Source: Lentisphaeria bacterium (GTDB lineage: Bacteria > Pseudomonadota > Gammaproteobacteria > Pseudomonadales > Cellvibrionaceae). From it: 15,161 nucleotides of DNA. The notes under the pieces are model-generated. The model was not told the origin of the DNA. It ran no database searches and saw only the letters and a list, made by a program, of their open reading frames with translations. The DNA is taken from the NCBI GenBank assembly GCA_047616325.1, contig JBLHGN010000065.1:1-15161 (forward strand), written 5' to 3'. Made by a program: the position numbers and the translations under genes. Below, one piece after another: positions 7,826 through 13,362 of this stretch; position 1 is the first letter of the stretch, and the number at the start of each line of letters is the position of its first letter.

Positions 7826-8267
7826 ACAAGCACTTAAAGTATTTGTTGACGGGGTGGTCAATTATTTTCAACACACAGCCGACAAAGATGTAAAAGTTGG
7901 CGCCCCATATTTGGTGGAAAATAAACAGCCCAAAGCCTTTGGTTTTACGGGCATTATCGGCGTTTCGGGGCCCTATAAGGGTACCGTATATTTTACCGCG
8001 CCGCGTATTTTACTCACTCATCTTTTGTTGAGTATCGGAGAGTTGGACACCTCGCTTGCCAATGTTATGGATATTGTTGGTGAAGTGGCCAATACTATAT
8101 CCGGAAACGCACGTGCAAATTTCGGCAAAGAATTTATGATTTCTGTACCGGTTATGGTTGAGGGTGCGCCCAGCGCCATTCACCTACCCTGCCATTTGCG
8201 CTCTTACGTAATACCAATATATTGGAAAGCCTATAGTGCTGCTGTGGTGGTGTGTCTTGAGGTTTAG
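7818..8267 (+). CDS. CheX/CheC-family CheY-P phosphatase-like protein
   Basis: Start ATG 7818 (MSEQALKVF...) overlaps the CheY stop as ATGTCTGA and is preceded by GAGGA. The motif DIVGEVANTISGNARANFG fits the E-x2-N active-site signature of CheC/CheX/FliY. A GIIGVSG glycine-rich segment and the ~150-aa length fit CheX. Confidence 0.7.
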   Translation: MSEQALKVFVDGVVNYFQHTADKDVKVGAPYLVENKQPKAFGFTGIIGVSGPYKGTVYFTAPRILLTHLLLSIGELDTSLANVMDIVGEVANTISGNARANFGKEFMISVPVMVEGAPSAIHLPCHLRSYVIPIYWKAYSAAVVVCLEV

Positions 8268-8486
8268 GGTTGGGTCATTGCCAATAGAGCGCTTACTGCC
8301 AGGTTAGCTCTGTTATCTTGTGAACGGCTCTCTGCTTTTTATACGCCATATAAATTCGAAAACCCCCAGTTGCTTGTGATTGTCTTGGAAGTATTGAGGT
8401 TGTCTTTGTCTTAAAATTCATTAGTGCCCTGTTTATGGGTGAGCACTAATAAATTTCTCGAAAATTACACTTTTCCCGCGCAGCTG

Positions 8487-8499
8487 CCCCCCCCCCCCC
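8487..8499. repeat. Homopolymeric C13 tract
   Basis: Thirteen consecutive C in the spacer between the cheX-like gene and the downstream operon. It falls inside a weak 75-codon GTG-initiated frame (8424..8651) that I do not call as a gene. Confidence 0.7.
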
Positions 8500-8641
8500 G
8501 CATGCCAATATCTACGTATAGCCTCATGTGGATCCTGGGCGGGCTCTTAGTGCTTGCCTTGTTGTTGCCCGCCTATATCCTTCAGATGCGCGTTCATTCC
8601 GTTGTAAAAATCGTTCAATCTGGTTGGTGTGTGACCTGCCA

Positions 8642-8693
8642 TTATATGTAAGTGTGTTTTATTACATGTAATATCTCGACATCTTACATGTAA
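8642..8693. promoter_or_regulatory. Three phased copies of the palindrome TTACATGTAA (8642-8651 degenerate TTATATGTAA; 8662-8671; 8684-8693), a putative operator array overlapping the promoter of the downstream operon
   Basis: The perfect 10-bp palindrome (12 bp as ATTACATGTAAT) occurs twice, plus a 1-mismatch copy. Centre-to-centre spacings are 20 and 22 bp. The array ends 18 bp before ATG 8711. Confidence 0.5.
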
Positions 8694-8710
8694 TAGGATA
8701 GTGTGGCCCT

Positions 8711-9343
8711 ATGAGTGAAAAAACATCAGCGCACTACCAGCGGGAATATCGCCGCCGGCTGCGAGATCAAGGTTTGGTAAAGAAAGAGGTGTGGGTGCTG
8801 CCGGAAAATGCCAAGCATTTGGGTAAGTTTGAAAAGATGCTGCGGGAACCCCTGAACCCATCGGATTTAACTAAAGGAGTGTTAAAAATGACCGAAATGA
8901 AACGTTGGACCACTACGACTCTTTTTGAGGTGCTGGCTGTCGAGCCGCTTTTTGATGGCGACCGAGCAATGGTGGAGCTTATTGATGGTGCTGAGCCAAG
9001 TTTGCATCTGGTGATGCATGAGTTTGGCGACTTGCCTTTGTTTTTAACTGTGGCGGGTGACCAGATAATTATCGATGCCGTGTTGTGGCCAAAAAGCGAA
9101 GTGGCGGACATCTCTGGGTTTAATGATGCAGTGCTGAGAACCCATAAGTATTTTCCGCTATCCACCATTAGTCTAGACACCCTATCGAGCGGGGCCGACT
9201 ACTATCAAATGTTTGGTGCTTTGAGTGCAAGCTCAATTTTGCCAAATATCATTTTTGAAATAGAGATGTTGGCATCCAATGTGATTCAGGCTACCGAAGC
9301 CTATGCCAATTTTTTATCAAACCAACTAAATGTGAAGGTGTGA
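8711..9343 (+). CDS. Two-part ORF: N-terminal basic/ribbon-helix-helix-like segment (YQREYRRRLRDQGLVKKEVWVLPENAKHLGKFEKML) in frame with a YjfI/DUF2170-like (YbjN-clan) domain; the DUF2170 part may be translated independently from ATG 8888
   Basis: A 210-aa frame. K-x-V-x-V-x-LPE followed by a helix is the Arc/MetJ/CopG beta-strand signature. The internal ATG 8888 (MTEMKRW...) has a strong AAGGAG RBS 8 nt upstream, whereas ATG 8711 has a weak RBS. The C-terminal 150 aa are called YjfI-like mainly from synteny, being immediately upstream of a YjfJ-type PspA gene, and from overall character. Confidence 0.55.
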   Translation: MSEKTSAHYQREYRRRLRDQGLVKKEVWVLPENAKHLGKFEKMLREPLNPSDLTKGVLKMTEMKRWTTTTLFEVLAVEPLFDGDRAMVELIDGAEPSLHLVMHEFGDLPLFLTVAGDQIIIDAVLWPKSEVADISGFNDAVLRTHKYFPLSTISLDTLSSGADYYQMFGALSASSILPNIIFEIEMLASNVIQATEAYANFLSNQLNVKV

Positions 9344-9353
9344 GGAGAGGTAA

Positions 9354-10037
9354 ATGAATGTCTGGGCGAAAATGATGACAGCGTTGCGCGGTGGAGTAAA
9401 TGAGGCGGGTGAGTTGATTGTCGATACTCAAGCCCTGCGTATTCTGGATCAAGAGGTGCGCGGTGCCACTGAGGAATTGAAACAGTCAAAAGAGGGTTTG
9501 GCGAGTATAATCGCCCGACAAAAGTTGGCGGAAGAAAAAACCGCGCTACTGCAAAAAGACATTAGCGATTATGAGGGCTATGCTGTAAAGGCTCTCGAGA
9601 AGGGTGACGAGTCGCTTGCCTTAGAGGTTGCGCAAAAAATAGCCAATCTGGAAAATGGCATGTCGACCGAGAAAAAAACCGCAGAGAGCTTTGCTGAAAG
9701 TGCTACAGAGCTCCGCAATGCCATGAAATTGGCCGAGCAGAACATTAAAAGGCTGAAGCAGCAGATCGACACCGTTAAGGCCACAGACAGTGTGCAAAAA
9801 GCGCAGGCGACTGTAGCAGCGCGATACAGTGGTTCAAACTCTAAATTGCGCACAGCGATGGATTCGCTAGACCGAATAAAAGAGAAGCAAGCCCTTAAAA
9901 GCGCGCAAATGAAAGCTGCTAATGAGCTTGCTGCAGAGACAGTAGACGATACATTGCAAACTAAGCTGCAAGCGGCTGGCATTACATCTTCTGGTGCTAG
10001 CGCCCAAGATGTCTTGGACCGTTTAAAAAAGGCTTAG
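9354..10037 (+). CDS. yjfJ: PspA/IM30 (ESCRT-III-like) family protein, YjfJ-type paralog
   Basis: A 227-aa ORF with a GAGGAGAGG RBS. RILDQEVRGATEEL and YAVKALEKGDESLALEV align with E. coli YjfJ RMLEQHIRDAKAEL and AIKALESGDEAFALEV. It is an alpha-helical, coiled-coil-rich protein. Confidence 0.8.
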   Translation: MNVWAKMMTALRGGVNEAGELIVDTQALRILDQEVRGATEELKQSKEGLASIIARQKLAEEKTALLQKDISDYEGYAVKALEKGDESLALEVAQKIANLENGMSTEKKTAESFAESATELRNAMKLAEQNIKRLKQQIDTVKATDSVQKAQATVAARYSGSNSKLRTAMDSLDRIKEKQALKSAQMKAANELAAETVDDTLQTKLQAAGITSSGASAQDVLDRLKKA

Positions 10038-10057
10038 TTGTGTTTATATAACAATAG

Positions 10058-10132
10058 GCTCGCCGAGTTTCGGTGAGCTCTAGCTAGCGTCCTATTTGTA
10101 GGCGAGCACTAGCTAATTGAAGGGCAATTAGC
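10058..10132 (+). other. Structured intergenic RNA region: two 8-bp-stem hairpins (10058-10078 GCTCGCCG-AGTTT-CGGTGAGC; 10112-10132 GCTAATTG-AAGGG-CAATTAGC) and a 14-bp direct repeat GYGAGCWCTAGCTA (10073-10088, 10102-10117); no U-tract
   Basis: Read directly from the sequence. It lies between the PspA-like and NfeD-like genes. It is not a canonical intrinsic terminator because both hairpins are followed by mixed sequence rather than a T-run. Confidence 0.35.
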
Positions 10133-10203
10133 AGAGCCGTACCCGCCTTACGGGAATAAGCTGTAAATAAAAAAATTAATGTAATAGGGTTGGGAGAACG
10201 CCG

Positions 10204-10872
10204 ATGTTTGCAATTTTGCTCACCGATAAAACGGACGGTTTTTATTCAATAGTTCTAACCTTTCCAACGGTAATATTCTCATTCTTGCTCATTGTTAGTC
10301 TCATCTATTGGCTGATTTCATTTCTAGGCGTGATAGATCTAGATATGCTTGATGCAGATGTGGATGGCGCAATGGGGGGCGACGATGTCGGTATGCCAAG
10401 CTCCGTAGCTGGTTTGGCGATGAGGCTGGGTTTAAACGGCGTGCCGTTGCCTATCATAATTTCACTTATTGCCATATTTTCTTGGTCGATTAGCTATTAC
10501 TCCGTGCACTTTATGTATCCTTTTGTACCTGGGTTTCTGGAGTGGTTAGCCGGAATTGTGATTTTGTTTGGTAGTTTATATTTGGCCATATTAATAACGG
10601 CACAAATTATCAAGCCGATACGCAGGTTGTTTAAGCAGGCGGATCAGCAAGTGGAAAAACATATCGTTGGGCGCATCGGCGTTGTTAGAACGGGGCGAGT
10701 AGATAAGTGTTTTGGTGAGGCGGTAGTGGAAGATGGTGGGGCGGGTTTAGTGGTAAAGGTTCGCTCATTTAAAGATGAGGAGTTTTCGCGGGGGGATCGT
10801 ATCGTTCTTTTAGAGTACGTGGCGTCTGGAAATATTTATAAAGTGATTTCAGAAAAAGATTTTAATAAATAA
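10204..10872 (+). CDS. yqiJ: NfeD-like inner-membrane protein with C-terminal OB-fold (YqiJ/DUF1449-like), partner of the downstream SPFH protein
   Basis: A 222-aa ORF with a GGAGAA RBS. It has three to four hydrophobic helices and a C-terminal beta-rich segment IVGRIGVVRTGRVDKCFGEAVVEDGGAGLVVKVRSF...GDRIVLLEY typical of the NfeD OB-fold. It is followed 23 bp later by a flotillin gene, as in E. coli yqiJK. Confidence 0.7.
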   Translation: MFAILLTDKTDGFYSIVLTFPTVIFSFLLIVSLIYWLISFLGVIDLDMLDADVDGAMGGDDVGMPSSVAGLAMRLGLNGVPLPIIISLIAIFSWSISYYSVHFMYPFVPGFLEWLAGIVILFGSLYLAILITAQIIKPIRRLFKQADQQVEKHIVGRIGVVRTGRVDKCFGEAVVEDGGAGLVVKVRSFKDEEFSRGDRIVLLEYVASGNIYKVISEKDFNK

Positions 10873-10895
10873 TTTAATGGTTAAGGAGTAAGGCT

Positions 10896-12854
10896 ATGCT
10901 GTCGGAATATATTGCTAATTTTGGCCCGCTAGTAGTTATTTGTGGGTTTGTAATAACTTTATTGTTGGGTGTGGGGGTTTGGTTTAAATCCTTCTACGTT
11001 AAAGTAGAGCAGGGTGTGGCTCTAATTAAAAATGATATGGGTCCAAAGCCGAAGGTATTTTTTACGGGAACCTTTGTCTACCCAGTTATTCATAAAAAAG
11101 AATTAATGCGAATTTCCCTGATTACCATGGAGGTCGATCGTCGCGGAAAAGATGGTCTCATTTGCAAAGATAATATGCGTGCGGATATCACCGTTGCGTT
11201 TTACCTTCGAGTGAATGAAACCCCTGAAGATGTATTAAAGGTAGCCAAGTCTCTGGGTGCAAATCGTGCCTCGGATAAGGACGCTGTAAGCGAGTTATTT
11301 AATGCCAAATTTTCTGAGGCTTTAAAAACTGTTGGCAAGCAAATTGATTTTGTCAATTTGTTTGAAAATAGACAGCAGTTTCGCGACAAAATTATCGAAG
11401 TTATTGGTAACGACCTCAACGGTTATGTGCTCGAAGACGTCGCTATCGACTATCTGGAACAAACGCCAAAATCTTCACTCGACCCTAGCAATATTCTCGA
11501 CGCCGAGGGGATACGTAAAATTACTGAATTGACGGCTACCCAAAACATTAAAACCAATGTTTTTGAGCGCGATGAAGAGTTGGCAATTAAAAAGAAGAAT
11601 GTTGAAACAAGAGAGGCCATGTTAGAGCTGGAGCGTCAGCAGGCCGATGCCGAGGCTAGGCAGGAAAGAGAAGTTGCGAGCATACGGGCACGAGAAGAAG
11701 CAGAAACTGTGAAAGTGCAAGAGGAAGAACGATTAAAGTCAGAGAGTTCTACCATTCAAACAGATCAGGACCTTGCCGTGCAAACGGAAAACCAAAAGCG
11801 GGAAATTGAAGTGGCCGAACAGAATCGCCAGCGCGCGGTTGTGATTGAGGTTGAAAAGGTTACACGAGCGAAAGATTTAGAAATTGTCTCCCGTGAGAGG
11901 GAGGTAGAGCTACAGCGTATAGAGGCCGAGAAGGCCGTAGAGATACAGCGCAAAGAGATTGCAAATGTAATTCGTGAGCGTGTTGCAGTAGATAAAACTG
12001 TAGCCATGGAAGAAGAGAAAATTAAAGAAGTACGCGAAGTCTCTGAGGCCGATCGTCGCAAGCAAACTAAAATTTTAGATGCAGAAGCCTTGGCAGAAGA
12101 GAAAAAAGTAGAAGAAGTTAAAAAAGCAGAAGGGGAAGAGTTAGCCGCAAAACACCGTGCTGTAGAAATTACCGTATTGGCCCAGGCTAACTTGGAGGCC
12201 TCGGCGAAAGAAGCCGATTCTCAGAAGAAATTGGCCGATGGCATACAGGCCACTCGGGCGGCTCCTGGGCTGGCCGACGCAAAAGTGCAAGAGGCAAATG
12301 CCGATGCATTTGAAAAAGAAGGCTTGGCAAAGGCGCGAGTCATTGCAGCTCAGGGCGAATCTGAAGCAACTGTTACCAGTTCAGTGGGTACAGCAGAGGC
12401 AAGTGTTATCGCCCAAAAGGGAAGTTCAGAGGCACAATCCAAGCGCGAGATAGGGCTTGCTGGAGCTGAAGTAATTCGTCAAACCTTTAAGGCAGAAGCG
12501 GATGGCTTGGTGGACAAATTTGAAGCCATGAATAGCATGAGCGACAAAGCGCGAGACCATGAAGAATTCCGTATGGGTCTAGAAACAGCATTGAAAGAAG
12601 TACTTGCTTCCATTGAAGCAGGAAAAGAGATCGCGAAAGAAAATGCCGATGTGTTGGCGGCTGCACTTCAAACGGCCAAAATTGATATCGTGGGTGGCGA
12701 AGAGCACTTCTTTGATAACTTTGCGAAATCACTTTCTATCGGTAAGGCCGTTGACGGACTAGCCGATAAAAGTGGCATCATTCAAGCGATACTGGCGAAA
12801 GTGATGGAAACCAGTGCGGCTAGAAATGCAGAAACCACTACAGAAATAAGCTAG
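10896..12854 (+). CDS. yqiK: SPFH/band-7 flotillin-like membrane protein (YqiK-like) with a long E/K/A/R-rich coiled-coil region
   Basis: A 652-aa ORF with an AAGGAG RBS. It has an N-terminal TM helix and an SPFH core (VALIKNDMGPKPKVFFTGTFVYPVIHKKELMRISLITMEVD...RADITVAFYLRV). About 250 aa of heptad-like E/K/R/A-rich sequence follow. The C-terminus is flotillin-like (DIVGG..., GIIQAIL). Confidence 0.85.
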   Translation: MLSEYIANFGPLVVICGFVITLLLGVGVWFKSFYVKVEQGVALIKNDMGPKPKVFFTGTFVYPVIHKKELMRISLITMEVDRRGKDGLICKDNMRADITVAFYLRVNETPEDVLKVAKSLGANRASDKDAVSELFNAKFSEALKTVGKQIDFVNLFENRQQFRDKIIEVIGNDLNGYVLEDVAIDYLEQTPKSSLDPSNILDAEGIRKITELTATQNIKTNVFERDEELAIKKKNVETREAMLELERQQADAEARQEREVASIRAREEAETVKVQEEERLKSESSTIQTDQDLAVQTENQKREIEVAEQNRQRAVVIEVEKVTRAKDLEIVSREREVELQRIEAEKAVEIQRKEIANVIRERVAVDKTVAMEEEKIKEVREVSEADRRKQTKILDAEALAEEKKVEEVKKAEGEELAAKHRAVEITVLAQANLEASAKEADSQKKLADGIQATRAAPGLADAKVQEANADAFEKEGLAKARVIAAQGESEATVTSSVGTAEASVIAQKGSSEAQSKREIGLAGAEVIRQTFKAEADGLVDKFEAMNSMSDKARDHEEFRMGLETALKEVLASIEAGKEIAKENADVLAAALQTAKIDIVGGEEHFFDNFAKSLSIGKAVDGLADKSGIIQAILAKVMETSAARNAETTTEIS

Positions 12855-12862
12855 TCATAGGG

Positions 12863-12914
12863 CTACGCCAAATATTGATTTTTTTTTAAGTTGTTGGTCG
12901 ATTATTTGGCGTAG
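12863..12914. repeat. 12-bp perfect inverted repeat CTACGCCAAATA / TATTTGGCGTAG around a 28-nt T-rich loop containing T9; possible attenuator- or terminator-like element or protein-binding site
   Basis: Arms at 12863-12874 and 12903-12914. It starts 9 bp after the flotillin stop and ends 30 bp before the next start. Confidence 0.3.
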
Positions 12915-12944
12915 TTAACATAGGTTTTAAGTTGGAGAGATGCT

Positions 12945-13268
12945 GTGAGCGAATTCAGTGATATTACTCAAGCCTTGGTAGAAAAAGTAAGGCTGGCAGG
13001 AGTAGATGTCGATTCGGAGCTGCTACAAAAAAGTGGCACTATCGCTAAGAATCTGAAGGCAGGCATTGGCCCCGTATCTGGTGCTGGTCTTGGTCTTGGT
13101 GTTGGCGCGATGATGTCTGCAAAGAATGGAAAATTGATCGAGAACGTTTTGCTCGGGGCGGGTGTTGGTGCTCTTTTAGGTTGGACCCTAAAAGAGTTTA
13201 TGTGTGAAAAAAAGCCTGCCGGTAAAGCGCTTCTCGATAGCACCGCCACGGACATTATTCACAAGTAA
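12945..13268 (+). CDS. Small glycine-zipper membrane-associated protein (two GxxxG-type zippers: GIGPVSGAGLGLGVGAMM and GAGVGALLGW)
   Basis: A 107-aa ORF with a GTG start 5 nt after a GGAGAG RBS. It has an amphipathic N-terminus followed by Gly-zipper segments. Confidence 0.55.
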   Translation: MSEFSDITQALVEKVRLAGVDVDSELLQKSGTIAKNLKAGIGPVSGAGLGLGVGAMMSAKNGKLIENVLLGAGVGALLGWTLKEFMCEKKPAGKALLDSTATDIIHK

Positions 13269-13362
13269 TCTTTATGTCTATCTAATAGTCTAAGATTTGG
13301 AACCTTAGAAAACTAAAATCCCCGATAACAGTGTGTTACCTCGGCTATGGATAAGGTGTCGT

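Noticed and set aside
8268-8345. Terminator after the cheX-like gene
   Set aside because: Only a 5-bp stem (AGAGC/GCTCT) and an isolated T5 run at 8335-8339 are present. Read-through into the downstream operon cannot be excluded or supported.
8424-8651. 75-codon GTG-initiated ORF with a hydrophobic segment and the C13 tract
   Set aside because: No RBS, and it lies in the operator and promoter spacer. The poly-proline stretch arises only from the homopolymer. It is kept as a phase-variation finding, not as a gene.
8767-9982. Minus-strand ORFs 8767..9180, 9301..9489 and 9578..9982
   Set aside because: They are antisense to the YjfI-like and PspA-like genes. They are Ser/Ala-rich translations typical of the antisense of coiled-coil genes.
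11201-12732. ORFs 11201..11419(-), 11332..11532(+), 11765..12061(-), 12238..12453(+) and 12487..12732(-)
   Set aside because: They are all within the flotillin gene. The repetitive E/K/A coding sequence generates open alternative frames.
12968-13255. Minus-strand 95-aa ORF
   Set aside because: It is antisense to the Gly-zipper gene. Gly-codon richness keeps the opposite strand open.
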